Notes under the pieces: generated by a model
The model's database searches: none
What the model was told of the DNA's origin: nothing
What the model saw: only the letters and a program-made list of their open reading frames with translations
In this document: piece after piece, positions 11,098 to 18,803 of the stretch
Position numbering within the stretch: position 1 is the first letter of the stretch
How the letters are laid out: each line of letters opens with the position of its first letter
Made by a program: the position numbers and the translations under genes
From: Acholeplasmataceae bacterium
GTDB taxonomy: Bacteria > Bacillota_I > Bacilli_A > Acholeplasmatales > Acholeplasmataceae
Assembly: GCA_963667565.1 (NCBI GenBank)
Contig: OY763415.1
Location: forward strand, 800,001-864,000
Reading direction: 5' to 3'
DNA: 64,000 bases

Positions 11098-11469
11098 TTA
11101 ATCTTCATCATTTTCTGCAGTTTGTGTGTTTGCTTGTTTTTTAATAAGGTCCCTAAAGATATCTTTAATACGTTCTGAACCTAAGAATGGTATGCATTTA
11201 GAAGCATCAAAGTCCTCCAACTCACCTTGTTCTGCTGCATAATAAATTTTTTCTACTTTATCTTTACTGATAAATGGAATTGCTCTTTCAAGTGCTTTTG
11301 TTTCTTTCTTTTCTATGAGTAAATCTACTATTTCATTAAGTGATTCTTTTCCTAAAAATGGAAACAAAGTTTCAAGTTTAACACCTTGTATTTCGCCATT
11401 AATAATTTCATAAGCGATTTTTTTTAATTCTTCTCTGTCCATAAATGGTAATAAATGCGTGTATTTCAT
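11098..11469 (-). CDS. Hypothetical protein built from four PF[LMI]-type helical repeats
   Basis: LLPFMDREEL / LFPFLGKESL / AIPFISKDKV / CIPFLGSERI; RBS in the end of the upstream gene. Confidence 0.7.
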   Translation of the reverse strand: MKYTHLLPFMDREELKKIAYEIINGEIQGVKLETLFPFLGKESLNEIVDLLIEKKETKALERAIPFISKDKVEKIYYAAEQGELEDFDASKCIPFLGSERIKDIFRDLIKKQANTQTAENDED

Positions 11470-11473
11470 ACGA

Positions 11474-12061
11474 TCATTTTTCTCCTTTTTTATTAATTTT
11501 GGTTTTGTAAGTTGTAATACCTAAGTCATCAATTTGTTTCGAAACCATCATCCTTTCTTCATCGCTTAATAAGTGATAAAGTTTCTCTACATGAACTTGT
11601 TGTTGCTTAGATAGTAAGTTTGCAAGTAATTCTTTTCTTTCTGCCATATTTAAATATGGCCATAATGCATGGATATCAATCTCTAATTGGCCACTTATCA
11701 ATTGATCAATCATGCTTTTTCTTTCTTTAGGTGCTAAGAGGTAAAAGATATGTTTGATGTCATTGTTTTTATCATTTGAGTTTAAAAAACGATAAATCAC
11801 TGATTCTCTAGGATACTGCATAAACATTGTCTTATAGTCATGTTCATTCAAATCAGTTTGTTCAAGCATATAATCAATGGATACATGAAACAATCTTGTC
11901 ATGTCAATCATTGTTTCCATACTGGGTAAGCTTTTCCCCATTTCCCATTTGCTAACAGCTTGACGAGTCACGAACAGCTTCTCTGCAAGTTCATTTTGTG
12001 TCAAATGGATTTTTTCTCTCTGTTCCATGATTTTCTTACCAACTGCTTCTAAATTTATCAT
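11474..12061 (-). CDS. XRE-family HTH regulator with C-terminal helical repeats
   Basis: LTQNELAEKLFVTRQAVSKWEMG HTH; ATG at 12061 behind GAGGAGG. Confidence 0.88.
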   Translation of the reverse strand: MINLEAVGKKIMEQREKIHLTQNELAEKLFVTRQAVSKWEMGKSLPSMETMIDMTRLFHVSIDYMLEQTDLNEHDYKTMFMQYPRESVIYRFLNSNDKNNDIKHIFYLLAPKERKSMIDQLISGQLEIDIHALWPYLNMAERKELLANLLSKQQQVHVEKLYHLLSDEERMMVSKQIDDLGITTYKTKINKKGEK

Positions 12062-12111
12062 ATTTAACCTCCTCACATGTTTAGTATAAGTCTAATTATA
12101 GGTTTATTCAA

Positions 12112-12126
12112 GCAACTGTTGGTTGC
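12112..12126. promoter_or_regulatory. Candidate operator GCAAC-N5-GTTGC upstream of the XRE gene
   Basis: Perfect 5-5-5 inverted repeat about 50 bp upstream of the start. Confidence 0.5.
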
Positions 12127-12200
12127 AAATAAAAAGAGTAGTCAATGGCTACTCGTATCAAAAGTTTATTTAAATACTTGCATCTTAGTTTTTGTATGTT

Positions 12201-13151
12201 TTAATCTTTATACTTTCTTAAAGGTACATATTTAGATACTTTATTGATGTAATCCTCATACTTTGGATATTTTTTAAGTGAAATACCTTCAGAAAACTTT
12301 GAACTGCCTATGAATAATAAAATCAAAAACATAGAACCAAATAATGTCCAGTTAAATATAACATAAGTTGAAACACCTGCGCTGATCACAAAAAGATATA
12401 AAACAACCCAAATTGATTGTTCAGAAAAATAATTTGGATGTCTTGATACACCCCATAATCCTTGGGTATTAAATCCCTTATTATAAGGATGTGGTAAGTC
12501 TTCTAATTTGGCACCATGTTTCATGAGTTCATATTTCTTTGTTTGAAATGTCATTTGTTGTTGATCAGCAATGGTTTCTAATATGATAAAACCTAATAAA
12601 AGAGTAGCAACTATAACATCAAATATATTAAATGCGACTGTCGATTCCATCGCTGCAAGTAGAGGTAATGTTATTGCGAGTACTAATGCATTTTGATAAA
12701 TCGAGATAAAAAATAGATCAAATAATGCCCATTTCCATCTCTTATTTAATTTAGGATCTTCTCTTAATACAATCCATCTGTAGTCTTCTTCACCAGACCA
12801 AAACTTTATTGAATATGCACCTTTTTTTGCAAAATTAAGTGTCAATCTAACACCCCATAAAGTAATTAAAACAGCCATCACGATTAAACGTGGATTCATG
12901 CCACTCTTCGCAACGACTATCCATGCGTATACGATGGGTAATATAGACCACAATTTGTCCATTTGAGAATTGTTTCTAGTCAATTCTCCAGCAATAAAAC
13001 AATATGCAACACTTATACTTGTAACAAGAATAAGTATCTTTAATGTTTCTAATTGAAGTTCGCTAAGATTAAAACCACCTAAAATAAAGCCTAATACAGA
13101 TAAAGTAAGCGTTGTAATGACAATAATCATTGTTCCTAAGTTTTTTTTCAT
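12201..13151 (-). CDS. DUF1295 / steroid 5-alpha-reductase-like membrane protein
   Basis: DKLWSILP, LWGVRLT, EDYRW, ETIADQQ, GLWGVSRHPNYF. Confidence 0.85.
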   Translation of the reverse strand: MKKNLGTMIIVITTLTLSVLGFILGGFNLSELQLETLKILILVTSISVAYCFIAGELTRNNSQMDKLWSILPIVYAWIVVAKSGMNPRLIVMAVLITLWGVRLTLNFAKKGAYSIKFWSGEEDYRWIVLREDPKLNKRWKWALFDLFFISIYQNALVLAITLPLLAAMESTVAFNIFDVIVATLLLGFIILETIADQQQMTFQTKKYELMKHGAKLEDLPHPYNKGFNTQGLWGVSRHPNYFSEQSIWVVLYLFVISAGVSTYVIFNWTLFGSMFLILLFIGSSKFSEGISLKKYPKYEDYINKVSKYVPLRKYKD

Positions 13152-13516
13152 ATAATTGTCCTTTATTCAAGTTTTTTATCTAGATGATAACTTTTTTGTT
13201 ATTAATCTAGATTTTGATCTTTCCATATCATTTTATCATATAATTTATTTTGAATCTATTTGTTCTTATTTCAAATGTTTCATATTCAAAAATATAATCT
13301 CTACATTTCTAGATAATTTTGTTATTTCACTTATAAGTTAAATTTCTCAAATAAGTAAATGCTACATAAAAAAACAAATAGGCTTTACGTGTAATTACAT
13401 CAAACCAAACGTTTATAAATGCCATGCCATTGTGTTGTTGTGCTCTAAGTTAAAAAAGAGTAAGACATATATATCTTAGTCTAATGACAATCCACTTTTA
13501 AATCTAAATTCTATCT

Positions 13517-13903
13517 CTATGTTCCATCACTATATTTTTTTAAAAACAATTTATATATGATCATCAAATGAGTAATCACTATGAATGGAAATGAAATAAT
13601 GAAAAGAATTATTGGTAATATTGAGAAATCACCAATATTTGAGGGTTCATTTGCATGAATACCTAAATAAAGATAACTACTAAACAATAATGTTGAAATT
13701 AAAGATAGCAATAACAATAATTTGCTGTTTTTTTTATAATCTCTAAAGTAAAGGATATCAATTATGAAAGTAAAGATCGATATCAACAAAATAGTGACAT
13801 ATGAGACAAATTTAATTTGAAAAATTATATATACAAATATTACTACTAAACATAAAATGAACATAACAATATTTTTAAATTGATTTAATTTCTTATTATT
13901 CAT
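13517..13903 (-). CDS. Hypothetical 4-TM membrane protein
   Basis: GAGGA RBS, four hydrophobic segments, very AT-rich. Confidence 0.65.
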   Translation of the reverse strand: MNNKKLNQFKNIVMFILCLVVIFVYIIFQIKFVSYVTILLISIFTFIIDILYFRDYKKNSKLLLLLSLISTLLFSSYLYLGIHANEPSNIGDFSILPIILFIISFPFIVITHLMIIYKLFLKKYSDGT

Positions 13904-14025
13904 TATGATTATATCCTCTCAATCTATGGGAAAATCTTCATTTAATCATGAGGATTTTTAATGTCTATCATTTTACAGTTAAATAGATTATCACTTACTT
14001 ATATGCCTTAATCAACTTAATATGA

Positions 14026-15027
14026 TCAATTATCAATTTTTACAATAATTCTTCCTTTTGATTTTCCAACCAACATTTGATCTATTTTGTGAGTTAATGA
14101 CATCAAACTGACTTCTTCTACATGATTAATTACATATTCTGATTTCCATATGCCAGATAACTTTTCCCAAACTTCTTTTCTTAAGTTCATAGGACATTGT
14201 ACTGAATCAATGCCAAGCAATGATATTCCTCTAATAATAAATGGATATACTGTTGTTGACAATTCATGTGAAGCTACATTACCACAACAAGTAACACACC
14301 CACCATATTGTGTTGATTTGATTGCAGTTTCTAACATGTGACCTCCAACTGTGTCAATAACACCAGCCCATCTTCCCTTTAAAAGTATCTTTTTTGATTG
14401 ATCATTTAATTCATCTCTTAGCACGATATCTTTAGCACCTAAATGCATTAACATATCTTTAGCTTCAGGTTTACCTGTTGCTGCAATAACATCATAACCA
14501 AGTTTACTAAGTATAGAAACTGCAACACTACCAACGCCACCTGTAGCACCAGTGACAAGAATATCACCATCACTAGGTTTAATATCTGATGCAATTAATT
14601 TATATATAGAGAGTGCTGCTGTAAAACCTGCAGTACCATATATCATACTTTCTCTAAGTGATAAATTTTTAGGCAGTTTTACAATCCACGCTGCTGGCAC
14701 ACTAATATACTCACTAAATCCACCTGATGTATTCATTCCTAAATCATATCCTGTAACAATAACTTCATCACCTGTTTTAAAATTGTCAAGACTACTTTCG
14801 ATAATGATACCTGCAGCATCTATTCCAGGTGTATGAGGATAAACTCTAGTTACACCTTTATTGCCTGTAGCTGATAATGCGTCTTTATAATTCAATGATG
14901 AATATTTTACTCTGATTAAAACTTCATTTTTTGGAAGTTCATCTAGAGATCTAGTGACAATTTCTCTAGAAAAATTTCCCTTGTCATCTTCATTAACTAA
15001 CATACATTTATATTGATTTACCATCAT
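14026..15027 (-). CDS. YhdH/YhfP (AcuI-like) NADPH-dependent MDR oxidoreductase
   Basis: YSSLNYKDAL, GTAGFTAA, VTGATGGVGS, IDTVGG, PFIIRGISLLGIDSV. Confidence 0.92.
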   Translation of the reverse strand: MMVNQYKCMLVNEDDKGNFSREIVTRSLDELPKNEVLIRVKYSSLNYKDALSATGNKGVTRVYPHTPGIDAAGIIIESSLDNFKTGDEVIVTGYDLGMNTSGGFSEYISVPAAWIVKLPKNLSLRESMIYGTAGFTAALSIYKLIASDIKPSDGDILVTGATGGVGSVAVSILSKLGYDVIAATGKPEAKDMLMHLGAKDIVLRDELNDQSKKILLKGRWAGVIDTVGGHMLETAIKSTQYGGCVTCCGNVASHELSTTVYPFIIRGISLLGIDSVQCPMNLRKEVWEKLSGIWKSEYVINHVEEVSLMSLTHKIDQMLVGKSKGRIIVKIDN

Positions 15028-15048
15028 TAATTCATCCTATCATGTTTT

Positions 15049-15261
15049 TTAATTTGCTTTTACTAAATCATTATACTCAATTAAAAAGCCTAAATCATTT
15101 ATCAATCCTAAATATTTATCAGTATGATTATAATTTTTGCCATCTTCAAGACAATCACAATGAAAGATTTAAATGTTTGAAGGCATTTGTAGCTGTTTTG
15201 ATTTCCAATATGGAATAGATAATGTACCACAAGGATTTTTAAGATAATTAGCTAAGTTCAT
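15049..15261 (-). pseudogene. Truncated gene fragment resembling the N-terminus of a Firmicute GNAT family
   Basis: ATG overlaps the toxin stop; MNLANYLKNPCGTLSIPYWKSKQLQMPSNI* then continues in frame IFHCDCLEDGKNYNHTDKYLGLINDL; family match is from memory only. Confidence 0.45.
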
Positions 15262-15524
15262 TATTTATAAATATCCTTTCTATGACCAAAGTCAATTAGC
15301 AAAATAACCAACCTATCATCTACTATGTTTGCTAAGATTCTATAGTTTCCTACACGATATCTCCAAATCCCTTTTTTGTCATGAGACAACCCTTTACCAT
15401 GAATTCTAGGATTGTCAGTACCCTCTAGATGTTTTTCAATCCATGCTAGAAGCATCCTGGCAATTGATTTATCTAATTGTTTTAGATTTTTTAATGCTTT
15501 TTGACTAATCTCTACTTTATACAT
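15261..15524 (-). CDS. relE: Type II TA toxin, RelE/ParE superfamily
   Basis: ALKNLKQLDK, NPRIHGKGL, WRYRVGNYRI, GHRKDIY. Confidence 0.92.
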   Translation of the reverse strand: MYKVEISQKALKNLKQLDKSIARMLLAWIEKHLEGTDNPRIHGKGLSHDKKGIWRYRVGNYRILANIVDDRLVILLIDFGHRKDIYK

Positions 15525-15526
15525 TA

Positions 15527-15745
15527 TTAAAAATCCAGAATTTTCTTAGCTTCTTCAAGTGTGTAAGTTTTGGGATTTGCTTCATACTCTTTATATGCTT
15601 CTTCGTATAAAAAGATATCAAATTCATCTTCGATTTTAGATAGAATTGCTTGTCTCATCACTTCTGAAACAGTTGTTCCGTTTAATTCAGCATACTTTCT
15701 AATTAGTTCTGATTCTTTGTCGCTTAATCTTATTGAAATGCTCAT
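15527..15745 (-). CDS. Type II TA antitoxin (ribbon-helix-helix, RelB/DUF6290-like)
   Basis: MSISIRLS...YAELNGTTVSEVMRQAI...IEDEFD; acidic, 2 bp upstream of the toxin. Confidence 0.88.
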   Translation of the reverse strand: MSISIRLSDKESELIRKYAELNGTTVSEVMRQAILSKIEDEFDIFLYEEAYKEYEANPKTYTLEEAKKILDF

Positions 15746-15756
15746 AATATCACCTC

Positions 15757-15808
15757 ACGTATTACATTGTATCACGTCTTAAAGATTTTTGCAATACGTT
15801 GTATTACA
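15757..15808 (-). promoter_or_regulatory. Sigma-70 promoter of the TA operon overlapped by two operator-like repeats
   Basis: Minus strand TTGCAA-17 bp-TACAAT with extended TG; GTAATAC-AAC-GTATTGC and GTGATAC-AAT-GTAATAC overlap -35 and -10. Confidence 0.7.
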
Positions 15809-15865
15809 AATAAAAGACTTGAGATAAATATCTCAAATCCGGTTTCTTCCAGGTGTCTTGTCATT

Positions 15866-15951
15866 ACGGAGTTTTATTCTAAAATCGTTCGCGTTCGACG
15901 GAGTTTTACTCTATTTCCAACGGAGTTTTGCTTTTTTTCAGATGGAGTTGC
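15866..15951. repeat. Four phased direct repeats A(C/T)GGAGTT
   Basis: ACGGAGTTTT at 15866, 15898 and 15920, ATGGAGTTG at 15942; spacings 32, 22 and 22 bp. Confidence 0.65.
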
Positions 15952-15993
15952 TTTTTTTAAGATACTTATGTTGAAGATATTGATGAATAAAGC

Positions 15994-16028
15994 AAAAAGT
16001 AGCACATATTTTTTTTAATGTGCTACTT
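15994..16028 (-). terminator. Intrinsic terminator ending cassette 2
   Basis: aagtagcaca...tgtgctactt stem followed by a T-run on the minus strand. Confidence 0.7.
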
Positions 16029-16053
16029 CAAAACATTAATACTTTATAAAAAA

Positions 16054-16281
16054 TTATTCTTCAGAATCATGTGAATTACTTTTTTTGTATTGCAAATATG
16101 AAACAACTGCAACTATAGATCCGCCAATTATGGCAATTAGTATTGATTTAAATATAAGATCACTTGAAAAAAAACCACCAGAATCGCTGACATCAGCTGG
16201 AAATAAAATTCCAATAATAATTGAAAATATGGCAACAAAAACAAGTGCTTTCTTATTAGCTTTAAATGCTCTTTTACTCAT
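16054..16281 (-). CDS. Small 2-TM membrane protein, putative immunity protein of precursor 2
   Basis: GGAGGT RBS overlaps the precursor stop; two hydrophobic helices; immunity role inferred from position. Confidence 0.65.
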   Translation of the reverse strand: MSKRAFKANKKALVFVAIFSIIIGILFPADVSDSGGFFSSDLIFKSILIAIIGGSIVAVVSYLQYKKSNSHDSEE

Positions 16282-16291
16282 GATACCTCTC

Positions 16292-16687
16292 CTAACCTAA
16301 TCTTAAATTAACATTTGGAATCAATATTCCTGATGCGACAGTAAACACAGCATCGTATGCGTGTCCAGCTAAATATCTAGCTGCTTGTGAGGCAATATAT
16401 CCAATTAATGCTGTTACTGCACCTGCTGCAAAAACTGATATTGCTGCCATACCAACTGGCCCTAGAGAAGTAGAGACTAAAAGCCACATTCCTACAGCTA
16501 GTGTTATTTTAGGAGCTAAAAACATTCCTACGACAGCTGTCGTACCACCTCCAGCCATGATACCAGCAACATCCATAATTACATCACGTGATATGATTAT
16601 GTTAATTTGTCCTCCTCCATTCACTTCATACATTTCTTCTTCACTCATGAGTTCCCATGAGTTATCTAATGTCATTGCGTATGTCAT
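16292..16687 (-). CDS. Double-glycine leader bacteriocin-like precursor 2
   Basis: Leader MTYAMTLDNSWELMSEEEMYEVNGG plus 106-aa Gly/Ala-rich hydrophobic core; GAGGTG RBS. Confidence 0.8.
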   Translation of the reverse strand: MTYAMTLDNSWELMSEEEMYEVNGGGQINIIISRDVIMDVAGIMAGGGTTAVVGMFLAPKITLAVGMWLLVSTSLGPVGMAAISVFAAGAVTALIGYIASQAARYLAGHAYDAVFTVASGILIPNVNLRLG

Positions 16688-17251
16688 ACTCTTTCACCTC
16701 TTATTCTATCACCTTTTATCTTTATCATAAATCATTTTTTCATATAGATATTACATAAAGTCATTATTGTTAGTGATCAGCTAACTTATATGATACTTCT
16801 GATTGATGATCCCTCCACACCGTAGACCTGTGATGAGCCCCCATAAATCGTATTAACTCACTTGAACATAAACCTCAAGTGTTACTTCATTTTTCTTATT
16901 CTTCTTCTTACTCTTTTTATCAATGAGCATAACTTGATGAACCGGTCCTATTGAATTTAGTTCATTTTTCTTGATGTATGCATTAACATCCCCTATATTT
17001 TGAATACACACATGGTGTTATCTTATAGTTATCGATATATAGATATTGATGATTGCCCTTGGTCGGTTGATTCATCTCAACATAGATATCCATGACTAGT
17101 TTTTGTTTGCCTGTCTCAAAGTTAAGTCTTTTAGTAATGGTTAAGACTTTATCTACCTTAACCTTATCTTTTGAGCTTGCAAATGAAATCATGGATTCTA
17201 TTTTTTCATCGAGTTCATGACTATATATCACACAACTATGTTTCAATAGAT
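16613..17251. repeat. Direct repeat copy B (~640 bp) of 18087-18755
   Basis: Aligns by eye over the leader, intergenic region and most of the GyrI-like gene; similarity stops at the GG codons. Confidence 0.92.
16853..17251 (-). pseudogene. Degenerate duplicate of the GyrI-like gene 18325-18795
   Basis: Lacks the first ~13 codons and RBS; about 32 bp deleted near 16990, giving a frameshift (YSKYRGC*); 3' part still aligns to the homologous stop at 16853. Confidence 0.88.
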
Positions 17252-17296
17252 GCGGTTATCAAGTTAGTTATTACCAATGTAGCCGTTTTTGTGATA

Positions 17297-17339
17297 TAAA
17301 AAACCTCAAGTATGTCGAAAATGCACTAACTTGAGGTTT
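17297..17339 (-). terminator. Intrinsic terminator ending cassette 1
   Basis: aaacctcaagt...acttgaggttt stem with T-run on the minus strand. Confidence 0.65.
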
Positions 17340-17351
17340 CCAGATATACAA

Positions 17352-17768
17352 TTAAAATATGAAAATTAATATCACAGAAATTACAGTCAGTAATATTGCC
17401 GGTATCATAAGTTTGTTAACAATCTTAAAATCTCTTTCAATATCGATTACATCCATATCATGCTGTTTTCTAATGATTGAATTTAATGTATGGATAAATT
17501 CTATCGCCATAATAACTCCGATTGAAAAGTATGTCCACACCATACTATAGTTAACATCAAGTAACTTAGCAGGATAATAGAAAAAAATTAAATTAAATAG
17601 TGTAACCAACAAATAGAGTAAGTATATCCATAAAATCTTTTTGTGTATAAAGTTTTTCTTAAAAATGTTCTGAAATGCTATATGGAAATGACCTTTGTAA
17701 GATAACCATATAGTAGTAAAAAATGAAATTAATAATGCAAAAATATATAGAACAATTCCTAAATACAT
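17352..17768 (-). CDS. 4-TM membrane protein, putative immunity protein of precursor 1
   Basis: AGGAGG RBS, 21 bp after the precursor stop, four hydrophobic segments; role inferred from position. Confidence 0.65.
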   Translation of the reverse strand: MYLGIVLYIFALLISFFTTIWLSYKGHFHIAFQNIFKKNFIHKKILWIYLLYLLVTLFNLIFFYYPAKLLDVNYSMVWTYFSIGVIMAIEFIHTLNSIIRKQHDMDVIDIERDFKIVNKLMIPAILLTVISVILIFIF

Positions 17769-17789
17769 TTTATCCTCCTATGTTAGATA

Positions 17790-18161
17790 TCAAGGTCCCC
17801 AAACTGAATATAAAGTCACATCAGTTCCAAATACTGTAACACCACCAAAATAATTAGTGACACTTCCGCCAGCTAAAAAGGAAGTCGCTATGATTAACAT
17901 TGTCGCTGCATAATAAATGGCTACTTGAGGTCCAATAACTTTGATTGCCATATCAACAAATGCTTTTGCTCCAAGTGCTGACAGTGCAGAAGCGGTTAAA
18001 CCTGCAGCTCCACCCAGAGGCACACCAACTCCCACTAATGCAATAAATGCTCCTAAAATATTTGTATAGGTAATGGAATCACTCCACCCACCATTTACAT
18101 CATACATTTCTTCTTCACTCATGAGTTCCCATGAGTTATCTAATGTCATTGCGTATGTCAT
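17790..18161 (-). CDS. Double-glycine leader bacteriocin-like precursor 1
   Basis: Leader MTYAMTLDNSWELMSEEEMYDVNGG plus 98-aa Gly/Ala-rich hydrophobic core. Confidence 0.8.
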   Translation of the reverse strand: MTYAMTLDNSWELMSEEEMYDVNGGWSDSITYTNILGAFIALVGVGVPLGGAAGLTASALSALGAKAFVDMAIKVIGPQVAIYYAATMLIIATSFLAGGSVTNYFGGVTVFGTDVTLYSVWGP

Positions 18162-18755
18162 ATTCTTTCACCTCTTATTCTATCACGTATTTTCTTTTAT
18201 CTTCAATCATTTTCTCATATAGATGTTACATATAGTCAATATTGTTAGTGATCAGCTAACTTATATGATACTTCTGATTGATGATCCCTCCACGCCATAA
18301 ACTTGTGATGAGTTACCCATAGAATTAACTCACTTGAACGTAAACTTCAAGTGTTACTTCATTTTTCTTATGCTTCTTCTTACTTTTTTTATCAATAGGC
18401 ATAACTTGATGAACTGGTCCTATTGGATTTAGTTCATTTTTTTTGATGTATTCATTAACTTCTCTTGTAGCCATTGAAGCATTTTGTGGATGCCCTTTAT
18501 ATTTTGAATACACACATGGTGTTATCTTATAGTTATCGATATATAGATATTGATGATTGCCTTTAGTTGGTTGATTCATCTCAACATAGATATCCATGAC
18601 TAGTTTTTGTTTGCCTGTTTCAAAGTTAAGTCCTTTTGTAATGGTTAAGACTTTATCTACCTTAACTTTATCTTTTGAGCTTGCAAATGAAATCATGGAT
18701 TCTATTTTTTCATCGAGTTCATGACTATATATCACACAACTATGTTTTAATAGAT
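18087..18755. repeat. Direct repeat copy A of 16613-17251
   Basis: Same alignment as copy B. Confidence 0.92.
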
Positions 18756-18795
18756 ATTTAAGTTCTAGTGTTTGACCTACCTCTACAAATGACAT
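18325..18795 (-). CDS. GyrI-like fold accessory protein (DUF5085-like)
   Basis: CVYSKYKGHPQ...VNEYIKKNELNPIGPVHQV...EVYVQV pattern resembles GyrI-like domains; 8 bp after the adaptor gene. Confidence 0.6.
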   Translation of the reverse strand: MSFVEVGQTLELKYLLKHSCVIYSHELDEKIESMISFASSKDKVKVDKVLTITKGLNFETGKQKLVMDIYVEMNQPTKGNHQYLYIDNYKITPCVYSKYKGHPQNASMATREVNEYIKKNELNPIGPVHQVMPIDKKSKKKHKKNEVTLEVYVQVS

Positions 18796-18803
18796 GATCT
18801 CAC

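Noticed and set aside
13156..13341. 61-aa plus-strand ORF
   Set aside because: Low-complexity AT-rich translation with no RBS
15866..15951. CRISPR array
   Set aside because: Repeats are only 8-10 bp, spacers are too short and no cas genes are present
15767..16018. 83-aa plus-strand ORF
   Set aside because: Overlaps the TA promoter, repeat array and a terminator; no RBS
16782..16844. Small ORF in the precursor upstream region
   Set aside because: Reading frame differs between the two repeat copies
16983..17246. 87-aa ORF as an independent gene
   Set aside because: Frameshifted, 5'-truncated copy of 18325-18795 with no RBS; listed as a pseudogene
16292..18161. Lanthipeptide or other modified RiPP interpretation
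   Set aside because: Cores have no Cys, and no LanB/C/M, YcaO or radical SAM gene is nearby
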